64,000 nt of DNA, from IMG/VR virus record IMGVR_UViG_3300009183_004565; one strand, given 5' to 3'. Under the pieces are notes generated by a model. It made no database searches. It saw nothing but the letters and a program-made list of their open reading frames with translations, and had not been told where the DNA came from. Source of the DNA: a virus. Lineage: Duplodnaviria > Caudoviricetes. Of this stretch, positions 46,288-54,442 are shown piece after piece. Numbering within the stretch: the stretch's first letter is position 1; every line of letters starts with the position of its first letter. The position numbers were made by a program, and so were the translations under genes.

Positions 46288-47301
46288 ATGCGTAAAAAAA
46301 TATTAGTAATAACAGATAACACACCGGATCAGATTAATGGCGTGGTTACAACTTTTAAGAACCTTGAGACCATGGCTGTTCTGGACGGTTATAGTATTGT
46401 ATACCTTACTCCCCGGGAGTTCGTACATTTTGATTGCCCAGGCTACCCTGAAGTTAAATTTGCCTGGCCGTGGGGTCTGGGTAAAAAGATTAAGGAGATA
46501 TCTCCGGATTATATACACATCGCCACAGAAGGTCCTCTTGGTTTGTGTGCTAGACTTTATCTTGACCTCCGGGGCTATAGGTATAATACTAGTTACCATA
46601 CTAAGTTCCCTGAATTTCTAAAAAAGATATACAATGTTCCAGAATGTATTACCTGGGGTTACCTACGTTGGTTCCATAAACACTCAGGCATAGTGTTAAC
46701 TAACACTAATACCATGGTCAATGAATTACGCAGACATGGATTCGAAGGTGGAATCATTCCATGGACTCGCGGAGTCAATAGAGAAGAATTGCAGCCCACA
46801 CAAGCATGGCCTCATCCTAATCCAAGGCCCTTGATATTATACGTGGGCCGTGTTAGTCAAGAAAAAGACATTGATGTAGTATGTCGACTAATTGATACAT
46901 ATGACGTGGTTGTTGTTGGTGACGGACCTGACAGAAAAAGGCTAGAGCAAGAACATCCAGGGTGTCAATTTGTGGGATATAAAACTGGAAAAGAATTAGC
47001 AGACTGGTATGCAAGAGCAGATGTACTGGCTTTTCCTAGTAGAGTTGATACATTTGGTATAGTAATGATTGAAGCAATGAGTCTAGGTACTCCAGTAGCA
47101 GCATACCTAGTACCTGGACCGCAAGATATTATTCGTCAAGGTGTTTCGGGATACATGAGCGAACGATTAAGAGACGCCGTGGACTTATGCTTACATATTC
47201 CTAGAGCCAGAGTTGTAGCAGACAGTGAGCGTTGGACGTGGGAATTATGTTGGGTTATATTTCGTAACAATCTAGTAGATTTAAATCGGGTGCAACAATA
47301 G
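46288..47301 (+). CDS. GT4 glycosyltransferase, Agt-like glycolipid synthase
   Basis: QINGVVTT, HIATEGPLG, SYHTKFPE, DTFGIVMIEAMSLGTPV. Confidence 0.85.
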   Translation: MRKKILVITDNTPDQINGVVTTFKNLETMAVLDGYSIVYLTPREFVHFDCPGYPEVKFAWPWGLGKKIKEISPDYIHIATEGPLGLCARLYLDLRGYRYNTSYHTKFPEFLKKIYNVPECITWGYLRWFHKHSGIVLTNTNTMVNELRRHGFEGGIIPWTRGVNREELQPTQAWPHPNPRPLILYVGRVSQEKDIDVVCRLIDTYDVVVVGDGPDRKRLEQEHPGCQFVGYKTGKELADWYARADVLAFPSRVDTFGIVMIEAMSLGTPVAAYLVPGPQDIIRQGVSGYMSERLRDAVDLCLHIPRARVVADSERWTWELCWVIFRNNLVDLNRVQQ

Positions 47302-47397
47302 AGCACCGCTGGAACTCGTAACCAGATTTCCCATTGGGGATTTTCATGTATAAATATTAGTATCAAAGGTAAAGAGCGCCTGCCCTTTTATTCAATT

Positions 47398-47649
47398 ATG
47401 TGGGAATGTTTAGTAACATTTTTTTCTATATTTTTTCTCGACATTGTATACACCTACTATCTTAGATGTGTAGCAAATGACAATGTATTAGGTGCGAGTT
47501 TTTGGAGTGTGGCCTGCTACATATTAGGAAGTGTTGCAGTTATTAGCTACACAACAAATCACTGGTTAGTTGTTCCTGCAATTGCTGGCGCATTTTGCGG
47601 AACTTATGTTGGAATGAAGATTAAAAAGCGCCAATCAAAAGACGAGTAA
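47398..47649 (+). CDS. Small multi-pass membrane protein
   Basis: Three hydrophobic helices; TATAAATA at 47349. Confidence 0.6.
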   Translation: MWECLVTFFSIFFLDIVYTYYLRCVANDNVLGASFWSVACYILGSVAVISYTTNHWLVVPAIAGAFCGTYVGMKIKKRQSKDE

Positions 47650-47656
47650 ACACCCC

Positions 47657-48301
47657 ATGAAACCTACCATTGCTATGTTCCTGTACCAGCCCCGAGCGTC
47701 TGTGCAATGTGGAAATGCAATGATGGAGGTTCTTTCTGATTACTACAAATTCAAAATTTTTACCAAGCAGGATATGGAAAAAGATTTCTTTGATGGAGTA
47801 GATATCGTGGCTTTTCCTGGCGGCGATGGGGATAGTGAAAGCTATCATTTTTTAATGAAGCATCACGAAAAACGTATACAAAACTTCGTACAAGACGGTG
47901 GTCGTTATTTAGGTATTTGTATGGGTGCTTATTGGGCCGGAAGCCATTACTTTGATATGCTAGACGGTGTAGATGCTGTACAGTATATTACACAACCCAA
48001 TACAGACACTCGCCGACCTCATGCCAAAGCCTGTCCTGTCAATTGGGACGGAGAAGATATGCGAATGTATTTTTACGATGGCTGTGCTTTAGCAGGTGAC
48101 GAGAGCAAGTTTGACACCATTGCTCGCTATGCAAACGGTGACCCAATGGCCATATTTCAAGACCGTATTGGAATCATGGGCTGTCACCCCGAAAGTGAAC
48201 AATGGTGGTATGAAATACATAACTATCTAAAACCGCATTATCATAACGGATATCATCATCAATTGTTGCTCGAATTTGTTGACCAATTAATGCAACAGTA
48301 G
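47657..48301 (+). CDS. Class I glutamine amidotransferase-like (BPL_N-type) protein
   Basis: FPGGDG, YLGICMGAY, GCHPE (Cys-His-Glu). Confidence 0.8.
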   Translation: MKPTIAMFLYQPRASVQCGNAMMEVLSDYYKFKIFTKQDMEKDFFDGVDIVAFPGGDGDSESYHFLMKHHEKRIQNFVQDGGRYLGICMGAYWAGSHYFDMLDGVDAVQYITQPNTDTRRPHAKACPVNWDGEDMRMYFYDGCALAGDESKFDTIARYANGDPMAIFQDRIGIMGCHPESEQWWYEIHNYLKPHYHNGYHHQLLLEFVDQLMQQ

Positions 48302-48329
48302 TATAATAATTTTTTAGAAGGAGAAGTCA

Positions 48330-48767
48330 ATGAGTAATCTCAAAGGTAGCAAAACAGCTGAATGTCTCAAAGAAGCATTTGCCGGAGAATCAATGGCAAA
48401 TCGTCGTTACTTGTATTTTGCAAACGGTTGCGATATTGCAGGTGAAAATGATCTAGCAGCATTGTTCCGTTCAACCGCCGAAGGTGAAACAGGACATGCA
48501 CATGGTCATATGGAGTATTTGATTGAAGGTGGTGCAGGCGAACCCGGTACAGGCTTACCAGGTAAGACACCACTTGAAATGTTACAAGCAGCAATTCATG
48601 GCGAAACACACGAGTACACAGACATGTATCCGGGTATGGCACGTACTGCCCGTGACGAAGGATTTGATGAAGTTGCTGATTGGTTTGAAACATTGGCCAA
48701 AGCAGAACGCAGTCACGCCAATCGTTATCAAAAAGCACTAGAGAAGTACACTGCTGATAATGCCTAA
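48330..48767 (+). CDS. Rubrerythrin/erythrin (di-iron domain only)
   Basis: [33 protein letters not shown]. Confidence 0.92.
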   Translation: MSNLKGSKTAECLKEAFAGESMANRRYLYFANGCDIAGENDLAALFRSTAEGETGHAHGHMEYLIEGGAGEPGTGLPGKTPLEMLQAAIHGETHEYTDMYPGMARTARDEGFDEVADWFETLAKAERSHANRYQKALEKYTADNA

Positions 48768-48801
48768 CATGGTGTGGCTAAAGTTTTAAACAGTTAAACA
48801 C

Positions 48802-48823
48802 AAGCCCCCATTGGGGGCTTTTT
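48802..48823 (+). terminator. Intrinsic terminator
   Basis: AAGCCCCC-ATT-GGGGGCTT followed by T run. Confidence 0.6.
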
Positions 48824-48836
48824 CGACGGAGATTAA

Positions 48837-49070
48837 ATGGAAACACAACTAAGAACAACAGTTAAAACCATAATATGGAGATTAATTTGTATTTTGGGTT
48901 TAGCTTACTGGACTGGTTTAGGCGGATCAATATTAATAAATATTTTTTTCATGACACTTTATTACATACATGAAAGAATTTGGTTGAGAATCAGTTGGGG
49001 TCGCTCCAGCCATTCATTAGATCAAAATAATGATTTTACGCATACTGACGCAGCGCAACATCGTGTATAG
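48837..49070 (+). CDS. DUF2061-like membrane protein
   Basis: KTIIWR...YYIHERIW..ISWG. Confidence 0.65.
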   Translation: METQLRTTVKTIIWRLICILGLAYWTGLGGSILINIFFMTLYYIHERIWLRISWGRSSHSLDQNNDFTHTDAAQHRV

Positions 49071-49117
49071 TAATCATACATACTAATGCAGTATGTCACT
49101 TTTTAAGGAGAAATAAA

Positions 49118-49192
49118 ATGGCATGGATTACACCAGCAGCACAAGATATGCGTTTTGGTTTTGAAATCACAATGTATATTGCAAATAGATAA
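49118..49192 (+). CDS. pqqA: Coenzyme PQQ precursor peptide PqqA (MAWITPAAQDMRFGFEITMYIANR)
   Basis: W-x2-P...MRFGFE-x3-Y-x-A-N-R consensus with E16/Y20; AAGGAG SD at 49105; own terminator; not in track. Confidence 0.92.
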   Translation: MAWITPAAQDMRFGFEITMYIANR

Positions 49193-49193
49193 T

Positions 49194-49218
49194 AAAAAAG
49201 GCTTCGGCCTTTTTTTTT
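49194..49218 (+). terminator. Intrinsic terminator after pqqA
   Basis: AAAAAAGGC-TTCG-GCCTTTTTT followed by T run. Confidence 0.85.
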
Positions 49219-49251
49219 ATAATTTTTTAATCAAATTGATAAATAATTATG

Positions 49252-49280
49252 TTGACTAGTCCTTAGTCATCTTGTATAAT
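49252..49280 (+). promoter_or_regulatory. Sigma70 promoter with palindromic operator candidate
   Basis: TTGACT-17-TATAAT; TGACTA-N5-TAGTCA over the -35 region. Confidence 0.6.
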
Positions 49281-49362
49281 TCAATTAACAGAATTAGTCT
49301 TTCTGTTTTGCACTAAAAACAAATCCACACAAAACCATTTTATATCAAGGAGAACAATTTAA

Positions 49363-50607
49363 ATGCGTTTAATTCCATCATTAGTAGTGGCACTCGCTGC
49401 GGCCTGTGTTACCTCTGTTGCATTGGCCGATAGACCTTTGCAACCAATCGTAGAAGTATCAAAGAAAGGTACAAAGTGTAAGCAAGATCCCAACTGTTTT
49501 AATCGGTTGAGTCCTGCTATCAAGCCTGTTGCCAAGGCCAAACCAGGCGAGTTAATTAGAGTCCAAACAAGGGATGCGGTGGATGCCGAACTAGACATCA
49601 ATGCAAAACCCAAAGATGTTACCGCAATTGACCTAAGTTTAGTACACCCAATGACTGGTCCAATTTATATCGAAGGCGCAAAGCGCGGTGATGTATTGGC
49701 AGTTAAGATTGTAGACGTTGAGCCAGAAAAACACGGCTGGACCACAATCATTCCAGGATTCAACTTCCTGAGTGACATGTTCCCAGAGCCGTACATTGCC
49801 AACTGGCGTTTGAATCGCCTTGAGGCAGTGAGCGAGCAAATTCCTGGTGTACGTATTCCTATGCGAGCATTTACAGGTATCATTGGTGTTATGCCTGGTG
49901 AACCAGAAATTGATAAATGGTTGGCTCGTGAAACTCAATTGGCAGATGCCGGCGGCGCAGCATTAAAACCATTACCAAGTGGAGCTCACCCTGCTAACAT
50001 TTGCGGACCTAACGGTTCACACAAAGACAAGTGCTTGAGATCTGTACCACCACGTGAAAACGGCGGTAACATGGATGTCAAACAGATGGTTGTCGGAACT
50101 ACTTTACTCTTTCCATGTTTTGTAGATGGATGCGGACTGTACATCGGTGACGTACACTATGCACAAGGCGATGGCGAAGTAGCAGGTACTGCAATCGAAA
50201 TGAATGGTGTTGTTACTGTTGAAACCAGTATTCGTAAGGGTGGTGCTGCTACACTTAAATCGATTCAATTCGAAGGCGGTTCGCAGTTGAAGGCATTGGA
50301 ACCAGATGCTTTCCATGCTACCATTGGATTCCCACTTAAGAATGCCGGCGAAATCCCACCACACTTGACTTACTTAGACAGCAAGAAAATTGGTCCTCTT
50401 ACCAATCTGTCACAAGACTTGACTCAAGCAGCACGTAGCAGTTTGATTCAAATGATTGATTGGCTACAACAAACCAAAGGTCTAACCAAAGAACAGGCCT
50501 ATGTTGTAACCAGCGTTGCTTGCGATCTGCGTATCAGCAATGTAGTTGACGTACCAAACTATGCTGTGACCACGATCTGCCCGTTGGAAATTTTTGAATC
50601 CAAGTAA
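49363..50607 (+). CDS. Acetamidase/formamidase family protein with signal peptide
   Basis: HPMTGPIYIEGA..GDVLAV, ENGGNMD, GDVHYAQGDGEV.GTAIE; N-terminal hydrophobic signal ending VALA. Confidence 0.9.
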   Translation: MRLIPSLVVALAAACVTSVALADRPLQPIVEVSKKGTKCKQDPNCFNRLSPAIKPVAKAKPGELIRVQTRDAVDAELDINAKPKDVTAIDLSLVHPMTGPIYIEGAKRGDVLAVKIVDVEPEKHGWTTIIPGFNFLSDMFPEPYIANWRLNRLEAVSEQIPGVRIPMRAFTGIIGVMPGEPEIDKWLARETQLADAGGAALKPLPSGAHPANICGPNGSHKDKCLRSVPPRENGGNMDVKQMVVGTTLLFPCFVDGCGLYIGDVHYAQGDGEVAGTAIEMNGVVTVETSIRKGGAATLKSIQFEGGSQLKALEPDAFHATIGFPLKNAGEIPPHLTYLDSKKIGPLTNLSQDLTQAARSSLIQMIDWLQQTKGLTKEQAYVVTSVACDLRISNVVDVPNYAVTTICPLEIFESK

Positions 50608-50662
50608 TTGATTGTCAACCACAAGGGAGGAAAATTTCCTCCTTTATTTTGTAGGAAAAATA

Positions 50663-51235
50663 ATGAAACTCACAAAATTGTTTATTGTTACCATGTTGGT
50701 AGCAAGTACTTCAGTCTCTGCACATACACCTTACGGACAATGGGATGTTTTTCGTAGTAGATTTTTACAGATAGTTACTTCTAAAAGTGACCTGCCCGGA
50801 GACACTATTGGCGAAGAATGGGCGTCTGATCTAAGAAGTAAACTGCCAGAGTCAAGAGCTTTGGTAAGTCGTGCCGGCAGTATGGAACATTTGGCCAGTT
50901 TGATTAAAACTGATCAAGCAAAGTTGGCAATCATTTCTTATGCCGATGCCAAAGCTATACAATCAGGCAAGCCGCCTTTTGCAGAATTTAATCCAATACC
51001 GTTACAAGTACTAGTTGACAACGGAACCCACTTACTAGTGGCAAGAGATAACTTGCCTTTATATCACGGTTATCTAATAACATCTGCTTTGATGCAAGAA
51101 CCAAATTGGTTACGTGTTAAAATTCCCTCTAATGGTAAATTTGGAATTCCATTACATCCTGGAGCAAAAGCAACTGCCGATGGAGAAAAGCTAGTTGCGC
51201 CTGTGGCCAAAGAGCAAACCGTACATAATCATTAA
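50663..51235 (+). CDS. Periplasmic solute-binding-like (TAXI-like) protein
   Basis: Signal peptide ending VSA-HTPYGQW; C-terminal IPLHPGA typical of TAXI proteins. Confidence 0.5.
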   Translation: MKLTKLFIVTMLVASTSVSAHTPYGQWDVFRSRFLQIVTSKSDLPGDTIGEEWASDLRSKLPESRALVSRAGSMEHLASLIKTDQAKLAIISYADAKAIQSGKPPFAEFNPIPLQVLVDNGTHLLVARDNLPLYHGYLITSALMQEPNWLRVKIPSNGKFGIPLHPGAKATADGEKLVAPVAKEQTVHNH

Positions 51236-51237
51236 AA

Positions 51238-52449
51238 ATGTATAAACTAGAGCAAAACGACAAAATTGGCTATTACACCGTTGGCACAAAAAAGTTTTAT
51301 GCCAAGGTTGAAGCATTAATCGAAGCCACCAAAGTTAATCAATTTCCGCAGTGGCATTTTAATACTGATGTTTATGGTTCTATAAAATGGGATCATGATC
51401 CCCAAGTTTCATTGCGTGAACTATACAGGCTTAGAGCAGTACAATTACGAGAAAAATACGACTGGATCAGAATTGAAGCTTCCGGTGGTGGTGACAGTAC
51501 CACTGCACTATTGAGCTTTTTGAATAATGGCATTCATATAGACGAGGTAGTGTTTAGATATCCAAAGACAGGAGAAAAAAATGTACACGGAGATCCGTTT
51601 AATACCAAATGTGAAAATACATTGAGTGAATGGGATTTTGCAGCAAAACCTTTACTAAACTGGATCTCCACTCATCATCCTCGAGTAAAAATTACAGTGC
51701 ATGATTTCACTGACAGCATGGTCAATGCTTCATACGAGGAAGATTGGGTATTTAGATCAAAGGATTATTTTTTACCTAGTCATCCTTTTAAACACGATCC
51801 TGTTGGGTATGCAGATCACCGCAAAGATGCTGATGCGGGTAAAAAGATTGCAGTATTGTACGGAATAGACAAACCAAGAGTATGCGTTAAGGATAATAAA
51901 TGGTATGTTTATTTTATGGATCTACAGGCCAATCATTCAAATTCTGTAGTTAACGAGTACAATAACATTACCAACGAATATTTTTATTGGACTCCAGATT
52001 TACCAGAAATTGTACACAAACAAGCACACATGATTAAAAATTGGTTCATGTTGCCACAAAATCAATCGTTGCAACATCTAGTAAAGTGGCCCAATAACAG
52101 TATCGCAGCTCGTACTACATATGAACAAGTTGTTAAACCTATCTTGTATCCAGATTATGATCCAGCTACATTTCAAACCATAAAGCCAACAAATAGTTTT
52201 TACAATGAGATGGATTATTGGTTTTATGTAAATTTCAAAGAAACTCGAGCATATCAAATTTGGAAAGCAGGACTCAAATTCCTAGTAGATAATATTGACC
52301 AGAAATATATGTATAAAGAAATGGGAGAGCCAATGGGATTTGTGGGTTTTCTAAGTCCATTCTATTATCTAGGACCAGCTACTTATGTTGATACCGGGGT
52401 AAACAATTATGCTAGATTTGATCAACCACCAACAGAAAATATAACTTAA
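51238..52449 (+). CDS. PP-loop (adenine nucleotide alpha-hydrolase)-like protein
   Basis: ASGGGDS motif; G.DKP. Confidence 0.5.
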   Translation: MYKLEQNDKIGYYTVGTKKFYAKVEALIEATKVNQFPQWHFNTDVYGSIKWDHDPQVSLRELYRLRAVQLREKYDWIRIEASGGGDSTTALLSFLNNGIHIDEVVFRYPKTGEKNVHGDPFNTKCENTLSEWDFAAKPLLNWISTHHPRVKITVHDFTDSMVNASYEEDWVFRSKDYFLPSHPFKHDPVGYADHRKDADAGKKIAVLYGIDKPRVCVKDNKWYVYFMDLQANHSNSVVNEYNNITNEYFYWTPDLPEIVHKQAHMIKNWFMLPQNQSLQHLVKWPNNSIAARTTYEQVVKPILYPDYDPATFQTIKPTNSFYNEMDYWFYVNFKETRAYQIWKAGLKFLVDNIDQKYMYKEMGEPMGFVGFLSPFYYLGPATYVDTGVNNYARFDQPPTENIT

Positions 52450-52493
52450 ATAACATTATTAGATAATAGTTTGTTATATAAGGAGTTCATAGC

Positions 52494-52721
52494 ATGACTA
52501 CAGATTGGATACGAAAACACGTTAAACCTAGTCTTGTAGCTAAGTATGAGCAAGAAATGACCAAGCTTCGTGGAGAACCAAGTAGTAGTAGACACATAGT
52601 AGAAAATATCAAAAAGTTAAACGAGGAATCAGACAAAATTGAAACTGATGAAGAGCGGCATGCTCGAGAATTAGCCGAGGACGAAGAAGATAACAGACGT
52701 TTTCATGAACGAAAAAAATAG
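52494..52721 (+). CDS. Hypothetical protein
   Basis: AAGGAG SD; acidic C-terminus. Confidence 0.55.
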   Translation: MTTDWIRKHVKPSLVAKYEQEMTKLRGEPSSSRHIVENIKKLNEESDKIETDEERHARELAEDEEDNRRFHERKK

Positions 52722-53382
52722 CATGAATGCCATTGTTGTAGGAGGGGGATCTAAGTTTGGCCAATTTGTTGTTGATAGTTTAAGGTCTTTAGATTATCAG
52801 GTTTACGTTCTGAGTCATCAAGATTACAACACTGGCGATCCTACACATTTAAGTGCTGATTTTAAAAATACCAATAGTGTTAAATCTCAATTTCAAAAAA
52901 TACTAGAACAAATTGACACGTTAGATTTATTTTTATACGTGTCAAATTTTGACTTTGGACCCGGAAAACCGGAACACTTTGGGTTATTAACTTCGACAGT
53001 TGAAAAAATGTGGTTTGACACAACTAGAGTAAACGTCGTACTACCGCATGAATTATCTTTACTGGCCTTACGAAAAACTCACAATGATAGTAAAATTGTC
53101 TTTATGGCATCAGGCTTGGCTTATGAATTTGAAAGAACTGACTACACTGAAATGGCTGCTTATGCAGGATCAAAAGCAGCACTAAATCATTTGATGACAG
53201 CATTATCTGCGCACAACAAAGAAATCATATGTGCTCTAAGTCCACACTTTCCGGCCGATGAAGAATTAAAAATTAAAGAATATCAATTTGCGTTTAATCG
53301 ATTGGTTTCATTGACTCGTGCCGATAAAGGTAAAATTATAAAACTATATCTTGAAAGCCCGCATAGGCTACAAAATCATTAA
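52705..53382 (+). CDS. Short-chain dehydrogenase/reductase
   Basis: VVGGGSKFG Rossmann motif, YAGSK (YxxxK). Confidence 0.8.
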   Translation: MNEKNSMNAIVVGGGSKFGQFVVDSLRSLDYQVYVLSHQDYNTGDPTHLSADFKNTNSVKSQFQKILEQIDTLDLFLYVSNFDFGPGKPEHFGLLTSTVEKMWFDTTRVNVVLPHELSLLALRKTHNDSKIVFMASGLAYEFERTDYTEMAAYAGSKAALNHLMTALSAHNKEIICALSPHFPADEELKIKEYQFAFNRLVSLTRADKGKIIKLYLESPHRLQNH

Positions 53383-53425
53383 CAAACTAGCAACATTGTT
53401 GCTAAAGATGCAACAAAATAAATAG

Positions 53426-53454
53426 TTGACCATTAATCAGTATTTTGCTATACT
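53426..53454 (+). promoter_or_regulatory. Sigma70 promoter for tRNA/ncRNA cluster
   Basis: TTGACC-17-TATACT. Confidence 0.65.
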
Positions 53455-53622
53455 ATTGAAACTGTGTAAAACAACACAGCCCGTGCAGTAACAAAAACGT
53501 TCTATAACAATTTAGAAGTTTAATACAAAAAGACAACGCATCAGGACCTAGTCCTTCTCTGCGACACAACACAAACGGCACACCAGGACTTGGCTCCTTC
53601 TCTGTGCAGTTTAAAAATTTTT

Positions 53623-53706
53623 GCCTGGGTGGTGTAATGGTAGCCACGCTGGTCTTAGAAGCCAGTGTCGAAAGACGTGCGAGTTCGAGTCTCGCCCCAG
53701 GCACCA
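53623..53706 (+). tRNA. tRNA-Leu(TAG)
   Basis: Cloverleaf, anticodon loop CT-TAG-AA, long variable arm, CCA end. Confidence 0.95.
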
Positions 53707-53777
53707 TATTAAAACACATTTCGAACGGTGAAAGTCCGTCCCAAAGATTTATCTAGGATAGTGTGTTTCAATATGGT

Positions 53778-54205
53778 AGAGACACAAGGGAGTGGGTAGG
53801 CCCGCCGCGTTAGCACCACGTAAGGCATCCTTGTTATACTTAATGTTGGAGTAAGGACCAACCTACCAACCAAACGTTCCAGCGTCACTGGATACTCTGA
53901 CCCAGAGGATGAGAAGTGGTATGACAACCACGGGTGGTACCGTTCCAACCGAAAGTGCGCTGGCAATGCGAGAACGGACCCTGTTGTGGAGCGGGTGGAG
54001 GCCGTAGCAATACGGTATAATTACCGCCAGGGGTCGCAGAGCATTTAACTTGAGTTATGGCAAGAGGTCCATAAACGGGAGTGTAACCCGATGGATACAG
54101 AACATAAGTATTCAACGTGAATGAGCCTTGTTTGACCGTAGAGTTTAGGCAAGAAACACATAACGAAACGGCAGGCGTTAAACAGGATTACAATCGCCTA
54201 GGTAA
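53778..54205 (+). ncRNA. Candidate large structured ncRNA (GOLLD/ROOL-like context)
   Basis: GC-richer stretch between tRNAs with no credible ORF, many complementary segments and possible pseudoknots; boundaries approximate. Confidence 0.55.
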
Positions 54206-54216
54206 TCAATAATTAT

Positions 54217-54291
54217 GCACCGTTCGTCTATCGGTTAGGACACCCGCCTTTCACGCAGGTAAGAGGAGTTCGATTCTCCTACGGTGTACCA
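54217..54291 (+). tRNA. tRNA-Glu(TTC)
   Basis: Anticodon loop CT-TTC-AC, CCA end. Confidence 0.93.
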
Positions 54292-54300
54292 AGTTTTAAA

Positions 54301-54375
54301 GCGGGCGTAACTCAGAGGTAGAGTGTCAGCCTTCCAAGCTGTTCGTCGCAGGTTCGAATCCTGTCGCCCGCTCCA
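54301..54375 (+). tRNA. tRNA-Gly(TCC)
   Basis: Anticodon loop CT-TCC-AA, U discriminator, CCA end. Confidence 0.95.
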
Positions 54376-54384
54376 ATTTCCCAA

Positions 54385-54413
54385 TTGACCATAATTCCTT
54401 TTTATCATATAAT
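54385..54413 (+). promoter_or_regulatory. Early sigma70 promoter cassette
   Basis: TTGACC-17-TATAAT. Confidence 0.7.
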
Positions 54414-54442
54414 ATGTGTAGTTCAATTACAAGGAGTTTTAC

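Noticed and set aside
49046-49060. Second PhaR-like box (GACGCAGCGCAACA) upstream of pqqA
   Set aside because: Two mismatches to the recalled consensus and lies inside the DUF2061-like CDS; too weak to call
49309-49325. NtrC site (TGCACTAAAA) upstream of the amidase
   Set aside because: Only a half-site, with no symmetric GTGCA and no sigma54 -24/-12 motif
53727-53740. RNase P RNA suggested by GAAAGTCC
   Set aside because: It lies in a hairpin loop, and no matching 3' P4 signature was found
53453-54426. Track ORFs 53453-53719, 53709-53966, 53885-54115 and 54235-54426 on the minus strand
   Set aside because: Antisense to tRNAs and the structured RNA, with no RBS or protein motifs
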